Source: an uncultured Oscillospiraceae bacterium (lineage in GTDB: Bacteria; Bacillota; Clostridia; Oscillospirales; Oscillospiraceae). Taken from it: DNA of 64,000 bases. The notes under the pieces are model-generated. The model was not told where the DNA came from. It saw nothing but the letters and a program-made list of their open reading frames with translations, and ran no database searches. Location of the stretch: positions 39 through 64,038 of the forward strand of contig CAJUQS010000087.1 in NCBI GenBank assembly GCA_910588365.1, written 5' to 3'. Below, piece after piece: positions 26,557 through 36,330 of the stretch (its first letter is position 1; every line of letters begins with the position of its first letter). A program made the translations under genes and the position numbers.

Positions 26557-28395
26557 CTATCCGATTGATGGCGGCGGGCAGCCCTCGCCCTGCCACACGT
26601 ACTCCGCCTGCGGGTGGCTGTCCCGGTAGGCCGAGAGCACGGACGCGATCTCCCCCGGGTAGTCGGTGATGATGCCGCTGACACCCATCTCCAGGTACTG
26701 GCGCATCCGCTCCCCGTCGTATACGCTCCACACGTACACCGGCAGGCCCAGCTCCCGGGCCCGGTCCGTCAGGCGGTTGCTGACCAGGTTCTCCTCCACG
26801 GCCAGGAAGTCCATGTCATAGCGCCAGATCGCATCGTCGATGTCCCCCGCCGCCCCGTAGGCGCAGAAGCCCACCCACCAATCCGGGTGCTCGTCCATGA
26901 TGGACAGCAGGCAGGGGTAGTCCAGGGACATGAACATGGCCCGGCCGCCGAAATCCCAGCGCTCCACCACATCCATCACCGCCCGGGACAACGCCGCCCC
27001 GTTCCGGGCGGCGGGCTTGAGCTCGATGAGCAGGCCCATCCCATCCGGATCCTCCGACAGGGCGGCGACAACCTCCTCCAGGGAGGAGATCCGCTCCCCG
27101 GCCTCCGGCCAGCGGAGATCCGCGATGGGGACGCTCTGCAGCTCCGCCCAGGTCAGCTCCCCGACGCTCCCCTCCCGGCCGGCCATCCGGCGCAGGTTCC
27201 CGTCGTGGAACAGCACCGGAACCCCGTCCGCCGTCAGCTGCACATCAATCTCCGCGTAGTCCATCCCCGCCGCCTGGGCCGCCAGGATGGCGGTCAGGGT
27301 GTTCTCCACGCCGCCCTCGCCGCCCCGGTGAGCAATGGCAAAGGGCCGGTGGAGCAGCAGCGGGTGGGTCAGTGTGGCCAGCAGGCCCGCCGCCAGCACC
27401 AGACACACCGCCGCGCCCCCCAGCTGCCAGCCCCTGCGGCGCAGGCGATCCCTCCACCGGATTTTCCATGACGCCCAGCGGCGGTCCAGAATTTCCAGCA
27501 AAAGCGCACCGTCTCCGCCCCCGGCGGGCGCAGGAACGGGCAGGCCCGCCCGCTCCGCCCCGGAAACCAGCACCCAGATGAGGCATCCCATGCCGGCCGT
27601 TGTCAGAACGGCCATCAGCAGCCAGTAGAGCAGATCCTTCCGGAATGCCTCGCCGTAGATGAGGAGCTTGAGAAAGTTCCCGTCAAAGTCCTCGTTCCCC
27701 AGGAGGACCCGCCGCCAGTACCGGCTGATCTCCGTGGCCGTCCGCTCCCAGGCCGCCAGGATGCACGGAACACCCAGGCGGTGACGCCAGCCAGCCCGCC
27801 GCCAGCACGTCAGGCTCCCCCGGGCGGCAGCGGCGAAGCCCTCCCGCGCCAGTGCCATCCGCACCGGCACGAACAGCAGCGCCAGATGGGCCGCCCACTG
27901 TATCAGATAGACGGCCACGATACCGGCTTGTCCCAAGGTGCTCTTCCGCATCTCCTCAAAGACAAATTCCGGCACGAACACCCGGGGTACCACCGTGTTC
28001 ACGTACCCGATGCCCACCAGGGGCAGAAGCAGCACGTAGTACAGCGCCCCCGGCGCCAGGGACCTCCCCCTCAGCGCCCCCAGGCTCCACAGGGAGCGCC
28101 GCATCACCTGTCCCAGGGCGAAGGGCTCCCCCCGGCGGCAGCAGACGGTGATGTTGATGAGCACGCAGTATTCATAGAATATGAGCGCGGCCGCCGCGAG
28201 AAAAAGGAGCAGGAACAGAACCGCCTGCTTGGGGTCCAGCAGGATCCACACCAGCCCGGTATTGAACTGCAGCCCGCCGGCGGCCACCTGTGTCTGGTAG
28301 ACCTCCCGGAGCAGGGGGTTCACCAGACACAGGCAGATGAGCTTCCAGATGGCCTCGAACCGCAGTATCTCTCTCAATGCTTTTCCAAATCCCAT
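26557..28395 (-). CDS. Membrane-anchored glycerophosphodiester phosphodiesterase
   Basis: N-terminal multi-TM domain plus a C-terminal GDPD domain (FAIAHRGG...ENT...EIDVQLTADGVPVLFHD). Confidence 0.85.
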   Translation of the reverse strand: MGFGKALREILRFEAIWKLICLCLVNPLLREVYQTQVAAGGLQFNTGLVWILLDPKQAVLFLLLFLAAAALIFYEYCVLINITVCCRRGEPFALGQVMRRSLWSLGALRGRSLAPGALYYVLLLPLVGIGYVNTVVPRVFVPEFVFEEMRKSTLGQAGIVAVYLIQWAAHLALLFVPVRMALAREGFAAAARGSLTCWRRAGWRHRLGVPCILAAWERTATEISRYWRRVLLGNEDFDGNFLKLLIYGEAFRKDLLYWLLMAVLTTAGMGCLIWVLVSGAERAGLPVPAPAGGGDGALLLEILDRRWASWKIRWRDRLRRRGWQLGGAAVCLVLAAGLLATLTHPLLLHRPFAIAHRGGEGGVENTLTAILAAQAAGMDYAEIDVQLTADGVPVLFHDGNLRRMAGREGSVGELTWAELQSVPIADLRWPEAGERISSLEEVVAALSEDPDGMGLLIELKPAARNGAALSRAVMDVVERWDFGGRAMFMSLDYPCLLSIMDEHPDWWVGFCAYGAAGDIDDAIWRYDMDFLAVEENLVSNRLTDRARELGLPVYVWSVYDGERMRQYLEMGVSGIITDYPGEIASVLSAYRDSHPQAEYVWQGEGCPPPSIG

Positions 28396-28495
28396 GTTCC
28401 CCGCTCCCCCCGGCTATGTCCTTTTTGAAAAAATCCGGGGGAGATTATACCACGCCCCAGGGGGGATTGCAACAAAAATGCAGCGCGGGCCCAGC

Positions 28496-29092
28496 CTATT
28501 CCATCAGGTGCATGACGCTGACCTCGAAGGCAACCCGCTCTTGGGCACAGCCCTCCACGACCTTGGTGTAGGCCCGGCTCTGCACGCGGCCCTCCAGGGC
28601 GAGCACCTCCCCCACCTCCATGCGTCCGGTGAGCATGGCCACCTGGCCCCAGGCGATGCAGGGGAGGTAGTCGGCCCGGCCGTACCGCCGGTTCACGGCC
28701 AGCATCATGTCGGAGATGCACCGGCCCAGGGGGGTGCGCCGGAGCACCGGCGGCTTGCAGATGACGCCCCGGAGCTGGATGTTGTTCAGATCCCCCTCCT
28801 CCGTCGGGAAGATGGCCTGGGCAAAGACGGAGATCACCAGCTTGCTGCCATAGCCGCTCTTGTTGTTAAAGGAGCGCAGCTGGCCGTCCACGGACAGACG
28901 CTTCCCGGTGAGCGTCCCCAGGCAGCGCAGCTGGTCCCCGGTGGCAATGACCCAGAGATTGTCCGTCTGGCCGGAGAGCCGCCGCACGGCGAAGGGAAAG
29001 CGGTAGAAGCGCTGGCCGTGGTTTTCATGGGAGGGCTCCGGCTCCCCCGCCGCCGTACCCCGCAGCTGGACAAAATTGCGTGTTTCCTCCAT
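28496..29092 (-). CDS. Single-stranded DNA-binding-like protein (tandem OB-fold type)
   Basis: Two repeated OB-like halves (NxVxLxG...R...). 198 aa. Confidence 0.65.
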   Translation of the reverse strand: MEETRNFVQLRGTAAGEPEPSHENHGQRFYRFPFAVRRLSGQTDNLWVIATGDQLRCLGTLTGKRLSVDGQLRSFNNKSGYGSKLVISVFAQAIFPTEEGDLNNIQLRGVICKPPVLRRTPLGRCISDMMLAVNRRYGRADYLPCIAWGQVAMLTGRMEVGEVLALEGRVQSRAYTKVVEGCAQERVAFEVSVMHLME

Positions 29093-29204
29093 ATTCTGTT
29101 CACCTCATTGGTAGTCCGGTCCAAGGGCCGGCCTTAGAAACATATGCGGGGGCGGCGGGGGATAGAACGGGCGCCTTACGGCCCGGCGCGGGAAAAACTT
29201 TTGG

Positions 29205-29233
29205 TTGTATTTTCCGTAAAACAGTGGTACAAT
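29205..29233 (+). promoter_or_regulatory. Putative promoter of the asp23-nusB-xseAB-ispA string
   Basis: TTGTAT (29205-29210), 17-nt spacer, extended -10 TGgTACAAT (29228-29233). Confidence 0.5.
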
Positions 29234-29268
29234 AGGGTCGTTAATCTTCCGAAGGAGTTGTTTACAAT

Positions 29269-29610
29269 ATGGGCGAGAACAAAGACTATATGACCCACCC
29301 CGAGGAGCTGGGGTGCATCCATATCTCCCAGGACGTGCTGGCGTCCATCGCCGCCGGCGCGGTTGCCGAGGTGGAGGGCATCAGCGGCCTGATGAACCTG
29401 GCCTCCAAGAAGACCAGCGCCAGAGGCGTCCGTCTGGCCGTGGATGACGAGGGCGCCGTCATCGACCTCTACGTCATGATCCGCTACGGGTACGCCATCC
29501 CCGAGGTGGCCGAGAAGCTTCAGAGCGCCGTCGCCGGCGCCATCGAGTCTATGGCCGGCTTCGCCGTCACCGCCGTCAACGTCCACGTGGGCGGCATCAG
29601 CCTCCAGTAG
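29269..29610 (+). CDS. Asp23/Gls24 family envelope stress protein
   Basis: ISQDVLASIAAGAVAEVEGISGL... A typical Asp23 family sequence. 113 aa. Confidence 0.9.
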   Translation: MGENKDYMTHPEELGCIHISQDVLASIAAGAVAEVEGISGLMNLASKKTSARGVRLAVDDEGAVIDLYVMIRYGYAIPEVAEKLQSAVAGAIESMAGFAVTAVNVHVGGISLQ

Positions 29611-29658
29611 GCGGCCGCCGGCGCGGTATGTGTGGATTGAGAGAGAAAAGGACCTGCC

Positions 29659-30162
29659 ATGATTAGAAATGTCGCCAGAGAGATTGCCATGCACCTCTCC
29701 TATGAGCTCAGCTTTACCGATCTGACCGCCAGCGAGCTGCTGGACCAGCGCCTCAGCTCCCCCCACTTCGAGGCCCTGGCGCCGGAGTACGAGGTCTACG
29801 GCGAGCTGCCCAACGCCAGTCAGCGCGCTTACATCCGCAAGCTGGTCCAGGGGATTGCCGTCCACGGCTACGAGCTGGACCAGTATATCGAGAAATACGC
29901 CAAGGGCTGGCGGTTCGAGCGCATCCCTCTGGTGGCCGGGGCCGTCATGCGCCTGTGCATGTATGAAATCCTCTATATGCCCGAGATCCCCAACGGCGCC
30001 GCCATCAACGAGGCCGTGGAGATCTCCAAGAAGTATGAGAGCGCCGAGGTGGTCCGTTTCATCAACGGCATCCTGGGGTCCTTTGTCCGCGGCGAGGTCC
30101 GGGAGGAGGCCCCGCTCCCCGCTCCGCCCCCTCCCGCCGGCGGGGAAGGGGAGGACGCATAA
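29659..30162 (+). CDS. nusB: Transcription antitermination factor NusB
   Basis: NusB fold sequence (ARE.A...LY, NEAVEISKKY) with a Pro/Gly-rich C-terminal tail. Confidence 0.9.
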   Translation: MIRNVAREIAMHLSYELSFTDLTASELLDQRLSSPHFEALAPEYEVYGELPNASQRAYIRKLVQGIAVHGYELDQYIEKYAKGWRFERIPLVAGAVMRLCMYEILYMPEIPNGAAINEAVEISKKYESAEVVRFINGILGSFVRGEVREEAPLPAPPPPAGGEGEDA

Positions 30163-30222
30163 CAGGTAAAAAAGGGCGCACGCGTCGTGCGCCCTTCTCA
30201 CGTATGAAAGGACTGCGATAAC

Positions 30223-31437
30223 ATGGAGCGGCACGTATACGGCGTCACCGAGCTCAACGAACTGGTCAAGGCCGTTCTGGACAGCGTCCCGGAGTTCGGG
30301 AACGTCTGCGTCCGGGGGGAGATCTCCAACTACAAGCTCTACCCCTCCGGCCACCACTATTTCACCCTCAAGGACGCCGGCGGCGCCATCCGCTGCGTCC
30401 TTTTCAAGGGACAGGCCCTCCGCCTCCGGTTCCGGCCGGAGAACGGCATGAAGGTCCTGGCCCAGGGCCGGGTGGGCGTCTACCCCAGAGACGGCGTCTA
30501 CCAGCTCTACTGCGACGCCCTCAGTCCCGACGGGGTGGGGGATCTCCACGTGGCCTTCGAGCAGCTCAAGGAGAAGCTGTGGCGGGAGGGCCTGTTTGAT
30601 CCGGCCCGCAAGAAGCCCCTGCCCCCCTACCCCCGCACCATCGCCATCATCACCTCCCCCGCCGGGGCGGCGGTTCACGACATGATCCGCATTCTCCGCC
30701 GCCGCTACCCCCTGGCCAAGGTGAAGCTGCTGCCTGTCCGGGTCCAGGGGGCGGAGGCCCCGCCGGAGATCGCGGGGGCCCTGCGCTACGCCAACCGGCA
30801 CCGGGTGGCGGATGTCATCATCACGGGCCGGGGCGGCGGGTCCATTGAGGATCTGTGGGCCTTCAACGACGAGCGGGTGGCCCGGGCCATCTTCGACTCG
30901 GAGATCCCCGTCATCTCCGCCGTTGGCCACGAGCCCGACGTAACCATTGCCGATTTCGTGGCCGACGTCCGGGCGGCCACCCCCTCCCACGCCGCCGAGC
31001 TGGCGGTCCCCGACCAGGGGGAGCTGGCCGAGCGGATCCAGAGCCTGCGCCTGCACATGGTCCGCAGCCAGGGCAAACGGCTGGAGCTCTCCCGCCGCCG
31101 GCTGGACGCGCTGGCGGCGAAGCGGGTGCTGTCCGATCCCCTGGCGCCGGTGCAGGACAAGCGCCTGCTGCTGGACCACGTACAGAAGGAGCTGTACCAC
31201 GCCGCCATGGGCCGCCTGGCGGAGCCCAGGGCGCGCACCGCCGGACTGGCCGCGTCTCTGGACGCCATGAGCCCCCTGAAGGTGCTGGGCCGGGGCTTCG
31301 CCCTTGTGACGGACGAGGAGGGGAGGCCCCTGCGGCGGGCCTCCGGCGTACCGGCGGGAAGCCGGATCACCGCCAAATTATCCCAAGGCCGGCTGCTCTG
31401 CCGGGTCGAGGAAGCCATTGAGGAGGATGGGACATGA
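30223..31437 (+). CDS. xseA: Exodeoxyribonuclease VII large subunit
   Basis: VTELNELVKAVLDS..., OB fold plus catalytic region (ITSPAGAAVHD, GRGGGSIEDLWAFN). Confidence 0.95.
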   Translation: MERHVYGVTELNELVKAVLDSVPEFGNVCVRGEISNYKLYPSGHHYFTLKDAGGAIRCVLFKGQALRLRFRPENGMKVLAQGRVGVYPRDGVYQLYCDALSPDGVGDLHVAFEQLKEKLWREGLFDPARKKPLPPYPRTIAIITSPAGAAVHDMIRILRRRYPLAKVKLLPVRVQGAEAPPEIAGALRYANRHRVADVIITGRGGGSIEDLWAFNDERVARAIFDSEIPVISAVGHEPDVTIADFVADVRAATPSHAAELAVPDQGELAERIQSLRLHMVRSQGKRLELSRRRLDALAAKRVLSDPLAPVQDKRLLLDHVQKELYHAAMGRLAEPRARTAGLAASLDAMSPLKVLGRGFALVTDEEGRPLRRASGVPAGSRITAKLSQGRLLCRVEEAIEEDGT

Positions 31438-31676
31438 GTCCGAAAAAAAAGGAAGCCCCCAGCTTTGAGGGGAACATCGCCCGTCTGGAGGAAATCGTCG
31501 CCCTGCTGGAGCGGGGGGATACGCCTCTGGCCGGCTCCCTGGCGCTGTTTGAGGAGGGAACCAGGCTGGCCGCCGCCTGCACCGCCATGCTGGACGAGGC
31601 GGAGCAGACCGTGGTGAAGCTGCAGAAGGGCCCCGACGGCGAGCCCGTGGAGCTGCCCTTCCAGGAGGAGGCGTGA
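31434..31676 (+). CDS. xseB: Exodeoxyribonuclease VII small subunit
   Basis: SFEGNIARLEEIVALLERGDTPL. ATGA overlap with xseA. Confidence 0.9.
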   Translation: MSPKKKEAPSFEGNIARLEEIVALLERGDTPLAGSLALFEEGTRLAAACTAMLDEAEQTVVKLQKGPDGEPVELPFQEEA

Positions 31677-31678
31677 CC

Positions 31679-32566
31679 ATGGAGACATTTCAGGCCCAAT
31701 ACGATCGCTATCGGGAGATGGCGGAGGCGGCCCTGCGCCGGATGTTCGCGCAGGCCGATCCCCCCCAGGAGCGGCCCTGGCAGCGGCTCTGGGACGCCAT
31801 GGGCTACAGCGTGCTGGCCGGAGGCAAGCGGGTGCGGCCGGTGATGGCTCTGGCCGTCTGCGAGGCCCTGGGGGGCCGGGCGGAGGACGCCTTGGCGCCG
31901 GCCTGCGCCCTGGAGCTGGTCCACACCTACTCCCTCATACACGACGATCTCCCCTGCATGGACGACGACGATCTCCGCCGGGGACGGCCCACCTGCCACA
32001 AGGTCTACGGGGAGACGCTGGCCGTGCTGGCCGGGGACGCCCTGCAGGCGGAGGCCTTCCGGCTGATTGCCTGCGCGCCGGGGCTCACCGGGGAGCAGAG
32101 GGCCGAGTCGGTCCGGATTCTGGCGGAGGCCTGCGGCGGCGACGGCATGGTGGCCGGGCAGGTGCTGGACGTGGATCAGCTGGCGGGGAACGCCCAGGAG
32201 CTGCGCCAGCTGTGCGCGCTGAAGACCGGCGCCCTGCTGCGGGCGGCGGCGGAGCTGGGCTGCGCCGCCGCCGGGGCCTCCCCGGAGCAGCGGCGGCGGG
32301 CCGCGGACTACGCGGAGCACATAGGGCTGGCCTTCCAGGTCCGGGACGACATGCTGGATGTCATCGCCGACCAGTCGGAGTTCGGCAAACCCGTGGGATC
32401 GGACCGGCAGGAGGGCAAGCGCACCTTTGTGGACCTGCTGGATCTGGCGGGCTGTCAGTGGATGGTGGCGGAGGAGACCCGGCTGGCCCGGGAGGCGGCG
32501 GCCGCGCTCCCGGAGGGGGGATTTCTGCTGGCGCTGGCGGATGCTCTGGCAGACAGGAGGACGTGA
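31679..32566 (+). CDS. ispA: Farnesyl diphosphate synthase (polyprenyl synthetase)
   Basis: DDxxD motifs (LIHDDLPCMDDDDLRRG, QVRDDMLD). ATG 31679 lies 7 nt after AGGAGG. GTG 31673 is the alternative start. Confidence 0.9.
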   Translation: METFQAQYDRYREMAEAALRRMFAQADPPQERPWQRLWDAMGYSVLAGGKRVRPVMALAVCEALGGRAEDALAPACALELVHTYSLIHDDLPCMDDDDLRRGRPTCHKVYGETLAVLAGDALQAEAFRLIACAPGLTGEQRAESVRILAEACGGDGMVAGQVLDVDQLAGNAQELRQLCALKTGALLRAAAELGCAAAGASPEQRRRAADYAEHIGLAFQVRDDMLDVIADQSEFGKPVGSDRQEGKRTFVDLLDLAGCQWMVAEETRLAREAAAALPEGGFLLALADALADRRT

Positions 32567-32569
32567 CGG

Positions 32570-33010
32570 ATGCGTTTCGGGATGCTCTCCACAAACCCCA
32601 TCATCGACTGCGGCCTGCTGGCCTGGTTCCTGGCACAGCTGATCAAGGTGATGCTGGATCTGGTCCTGCTGGGGCGGCTGGACGTGCGCCGCTTCTTCTC
32701 CAGCGGCGGTATGCCCTCCAGCCACTCCGCTCTGGTGGTGGCCTGCACCGCCGCCATCGGGAAGCTGACCGGCGTACAGGGCCCGCTGTTTGCCCTGGCG
32801 GTGATCCTCTCGGCGGTGGTGATGTACGACGCGTGCAACGTCCGCCGCAGCGCCGGGGACACCGCCCGGCTGGTCAACAAGCTCCTGGAGCACATGGAGC
32901 AGCTGACTGCCGAGGATCTGGCCGATAACCTCAAGGAGGTCATGGGCCACACCCCCCTCCAGGTCCTCATGGGCGCCCTGCTGGGACTCGGGGTCGGCCT
33001 GCTGGTGTAG
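32570..33010 (+). CDS. Divergent PAP2 (DUF212) family membrane protein
   Basis: GGMPSSHSALVVA motif. 146 aa. Confidence 0.8.
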   Translation: MRFGMLSTNPIIDCGLLAWFLAQLIKVMLDLVLLGRLDVRRFFSSGGMPSSHSALVVACTAAIGKLTGVQGPLFALAVILSAVVMYDACNVRRSAGDTARLVNKLLEHMEQLTAEDLADNLKEVMGHTPLQVLMGALLGLGVGLLV

Positions 33011-33032
33011 AGGCCGGGACCGGCGGTAAATA

Positions 33033-33070
33033 CGAAAAACGCCATGGACTATCATCGTCCCTGGCGTTTT
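33033..33070. terminator. Bidirectional terminator between convergent genes
   Basis: GAAAAACGCCA (33033-33043) / TGGCGTTTTC (33061-33070), with A- and T-tracts on the two sides. Confidence 0.5.
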
Positions 33071-33118
33071 CTGTATCCTCGTCAGCCCCGCGCCGGCGGT
33101 TTCGGTGCGGGCTTTCCC

Positions 33119-33727
33119 TCAAAGCGCAATCCGGCGGTCCTTGAAATAGAACCTGCGGTCCCGCTCACCCACCTCCCGCAGGACCCGGCAGGGGTTTCCC
33201 ACCGCCACCACGCTGTCCGGCAGATCCCGGGTCACAACACTGCCTGCGCCGACCACCACGTTGTCCCCGATGGTGATGCCGGGGAGGATGATTGCCCCCG
33301 CGCCAATCCAGCAGTTGCGGCCGATCCGCACAGGCATGTTGTACTGGTACTGCTGCTCCCGCAGCTCCGGCAGGATGGGGTGCCCCGCCGTGGCCACCAC
33401 CACGTTGGGCCCGAACATGGTGCAGTCCCCCACATAGATATGGGTGTCGTCCACCATGGTCAGCCCATAGTTTGCGTACACCATGCGGCCGAAATGGACG
33501 TGGTGCCCGCCCCAGTTGGCGTGGAAGGGCGGCTCAATCCAGCACCCCTCCCCCACCTCCGCCAGCAGCTCCCGCAGCAGCGCCTGCCGCCGCTCCTGCT
33601 CCCAGGGCCGGGTCTGGTTGTACTCGTAGAGCAGCTCCATGTATCCCAGCTGCTCCTCCAGCACCTCCGGATCGTTGGGCAGGTACAGCTCCCCGGTGTG
33701 CAGCTTGTCGCGGTTTCCCATCCCCAT
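33119..33727 (-). CDS. Maltose/galactoside-type sugar O-acetyltransferase (left-handed beta helix)
   Basis: Hexapeptide repeats (IGRNCWIGAGAIILPGITIGDNVVVGAGSVV) and a Maa-type N-terminus. Confidence 0.85.
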   Translation of the reverse strand: MGMGNRDKLHTGELYLPNDPEVLEEQLGYMELLYEYNQTRPWEQERRQALLRELLAEVGEGCWIEPPFHANWGGHHVHFGRMVYANYGLTMVDDTHIYVGDCTMFGPNVVVATAGHPILPELREQQYQYNMPVRIGRNCWIGAGAIILPGITIGDNVVVGAGSVVTRDLPDSVVAVGNPCRVLREVGERDRRFYFKDRRIAL

Positions 33728-33756
33728 CTCTCCTCACGTCAATATTTCCGCCCGGC

Positions 33757-34902
33757 TTACCACAGCATGTATCCCTCCGGGATCCAGAAGGAACAGGTAA
33801 GCAGCAGCCTCTCCCGCGTCCCGCCGCTCTCCAGGGCGCCGGCCGCCGCCCGGCGAAGGCCGCTGCCCTCCACGATGGAGAGAATCTGGTCACGGCCCGG
33901 GCGATCCAGACGGAGGTGGTCCTGCACCGCCCGGTAGATGGGATCCCAGGCCCGGCACTGGGTGAACCAGACCCGGCGGTCCCCGCCTCCCTGCGCGGGA
34001 TGGAGGATGATCTGACTGCTCACCTGGATGTCCGGCAGAAAGATCCCCGCCATCTGCTCCGGCAGGAAGTTGAACACGTCCTCCGCCAGCTCCGGTACTG
34101 CGGCCTCATCCAAGAGGGTCTCCAGCAGCTGGTCCGGCTCCATGCCGCTCTCAAAAAGCGCAATGGCCCGGCGGGCCAGATCCCTGGCGCCCTTCCAGGT
34201 GTAGGGGCAGACCACCCGGGTATCCGGATCCTGGGCCAGGACCACATACTGCTTGGCGCTCCTCAGGGGCTGCCCATCCCGCGGCCACTGGCCGGCCAGG
34301 GCGGCCAGCGGCTCCGCCAGCTCCGGCACCGGCCAGCCGTTGATGCGCACCTCGCTGGAAACCTCGTCCCCCACCTGTGCCAGAAAGAGCTTCACGCCGT
34401 AAAAGGACTGGCTCCCCAGGCAGGGCATCACCAGCGCGCTCATGCGGCTCCACAGATCCCGTCCCCCCGGCGGCTCTCCGATCCCCTGGAGGGAGAGGCT
34501 GGAGGCGCTAGCCAGGAAGCGGTGGGTCTGTCCCCAGAGCTCCACCGCAGGCATGGACACCCCCCTCTTCCGCAGGGCGGGCAGCCAGGCGTCCAGGACG
34601 GAGTACAGAATCTGCTGGGCCGCCAGCTCCGCCTTCTCCTCGCCGCTCTCCGCCGCCCCGGCGGCGGATTCCGTCAGGGGCGTAAACAGGCTGGGGTGCT
34701 CCAGACGGACGGCGGTCTGAAACCGGGGGCCATCCAGGACCGGGAAGGTGACGGCGGCAGTGAGCCCATCCGCCGCGAAGCGGATCCGGTCCCCCTCCAG
34801 CCGGGCGCCGGCCCGCTGCGCAAGGATCTCCATGGTCCGCGCCGCCAGGGCGGCGCCGTCCTCACCGTCCGCCAGCGTCTGTTTCCGATAATCCGAAAGC
34901 AT
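33757..34902 (-). CDS. Hypothetical protein (381 aa)
   Basis: Long ORF with balanced, non-shadow composition and a terminal WIPEGYMLW. No family recognised from memory. Confidence 0.6.
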   Translation of the reverse strand: MLSDYRKQTLADGEDGAALAARTMEILAQRAGARLEGDRIRFAADGLTAAVTFPVLDGPRFQTAVRLEHPSLFTPLTESAAGAAESGEEKAELAAQQILYSVLDAWLPALRKRGVSMPAVELWGQTHRFLASASSLSLQGIGEPPGGRDLWSRMSALVMPCLGSQSFYGVKLFLAQVGDEVSSEVRINGWPVPELAEPLAALAGQWPRDGQPLRSAKQYVVLAQDPDTRVVCPYTWKGARDLARRAIALFESGMEPDQLLETLLDEAAVPELAEDVFNFLPEQMAGIFLPDIQVSSQIILHPAQGGGDRRVWFTQCRAWDPIYRAVQDHLRLDRPGRDQILSIVEGSGLRRAAAGALESGGTRERLLLTCSFWIPEGYMLW

Positions 34903-35028
34903 GGTCCAAATTCCTCCCGTCCCGTCCGCCCGGGCACGGTGCCCGCCGCCGGACGCGTCAACACATATGAACCAGTATAGCGCAGTTCTCCGGCCAGTTC
35001 AAGACGTTCCGGGAAATTTTGGTGTTTT

Positions 35029-35976
35029 TTAGCTGTTCCCCCCTATGAACAAATCCTCCAGATGGCCCAGGCCCTCGCCGTCCAGCAGAACGAGCCCGTG
35101 GGCGATGGGCTCCTCCCCCTCCCGGGGGACGTTGTACGCCGTGCGGACTGTCTCCTCCGGGCCTGCCTCCTCCACCAGCACCCAGGCCGCCCCCGCCTCG
35201 CAGCGGATCTCCGGCAGGTCCTCCCCCAGGTCCAGCTCGTCGCGGCGGAGGACGCCGTTCTCCCCGTCAAACTGGGTCACCGCCAGCTTCTCCAGCCGCT
35301 GCGCTTCCTCCACCTGGACGGACACCTCGGTCCGCTCCGTGCTGGCCTCGCCGTTCTCCGTCACCGTGCGCTCGTCGCTTATGGTGAAGCCGAAGCTGCC
35401 GCCTCCGAGGTACATATTGCCGCCGCCGTCCAGATAGGGCCGCCCGTCCTCGGTCTGGTATACCCGGAAGGCCTCCCAGACGGTGCCCGCGTCATTGGCG
35501 TCCCAGCCCTCCTCCTGGCCCAACGGCGGGCCGAAATAGACCACGCCGGAGAGTGTCTGTTCGCGGGTGCCGTCTGTCACCTTGGTAGCGCAGCCCTCCT
35601 CACCGGGAGCCATGCTGCCGACCATCTCCGTGACCTCGCCGTACTCCTCCTGCTTTTCCAGGACGAACAGGCTGTAGCCCCCCTCCAGGCCGGGGAAAAC
35701 GTAGGTGTTGTCCACCTCCCGGGCAAACAGGACCTGGTCGGGAAGCGCAAAGCTGCCGTAACCCTCCAGCTCCACGGTGGAGGAGCCGTACTCCGTCAGG
35801 TTGGGGTTGCCGTGGAACCCCTGGTTGGCGGCGCTCGTGCTGTCCCAGCGGTAGAGGTAGACCCCGGCCAGCCGGTCGCCGAAGCCGCCGTCCGCCTCAG
35901 CCCTGGCCAGGGAGCACCCGCACAGCGTCAGAAGCAGTCCCGCCAGCGCAAGGACCGTCCATTTACGTCTCATCAT
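35029..35976 (-). CDS. Hypothetical lipoprotein
   Basis: MMRRKWTVLALAGLLLTLCGCS signal with a lipobox Cys. SD GGAGGA. Overlaps the XRE gene 3' end. Confidence 0.65.
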   Translation of the reverse strand: MMRRKWTVLALAGLLLTLCGCSLARAEADGGFGDRLAGVYLYRWDSTSAANQGFHGNPNLTEYGSSTVELEGYGSFALPDQVLFAREVDNTYVFPGLEGGYSLFVLEKQEEYGEVTEMVGSMAPGEEGCATKVTDGTREQTLSGVVYFGPPLGQEEGWDANDAGTVWEAFRVYQTEDGRPYLDGGGNMYLGGGSFGFTISDERTVTENGEASTERTEVSVQVEEAQRLEKLAVTQFDGENGVLRRDELDLGEDLPEIRCEAGAAWVLVEEAGPEETVRTAYNVPREGEEPIAHGLVLLDGEGLGHLEDLFIGGNS

Positions 35977-36190
35977 ACTTGTCCTCCAGTCTTCCGTCAA
36001 AGCGCAGAATATCCCCCACGCCGCAGTCCAGGTAGTAGCAGATCCGGTTGATGGTGTGAAAGCGCACGCCGTTGGCCTTGCCCGAGCGGAGGATGGAGAG
36101 GTTGGCCTCCGTAATGCCCACCTTGGCGCACAGCTCCTTGCCCGTCATCCCCTGCTCCCTCAGGATTTCGTCTAAATGTACCGTAATCAT
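35963..36190 (-). CDS. XRE family HTH regulator (YozG-like, 75 aa)
   Basis: LDEILREQGMTGKELCAKVGITEANLSILRSGKANGVRFHTINRICYYL. Confidence 0.85.
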   Translation of the reverse strand: MITVHLDEILREQGMTGKELCAKVGITEANLSILRSGKANGVRFHTINRICYYLDCGVGDILRFDGRLEDKYDET

Positions 36191-36214
36191 ATCCCACTCC
36201 CACGAGGGGCATCC

Positions 36215-36275
36215 ATTCTTTTTTCTTGAAAGAAAAAAGAATCAAAAAAGAACTTTTACGCGAAACTCCGTTTCG
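36215..36275 (-). repeat. Family-1 bipartite hairpin repeat, copy F
   Basis: Long hairpin ATTCTTTTTTCTTGAAAGAAAAAAGAAT (36215-36242) + linker + short hairpin CGAAACTCCGTTTCG (36261-36275). Confidence 0.9.
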
Positions 36276-36330
36276 CTTGTCCCTCCGGGGTTAGAGAAAC
36301 AGAGCCGTGGACATGTTTCAGGAAATATAA

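Noticed and set aside
29176-31200. 674-aa ORF on the minus strand
   Set aside because: It is antisense to asp23, nusB and xseA, which carry clear family motifs and coupled start/stop overlaps. It is a shadow ORF.
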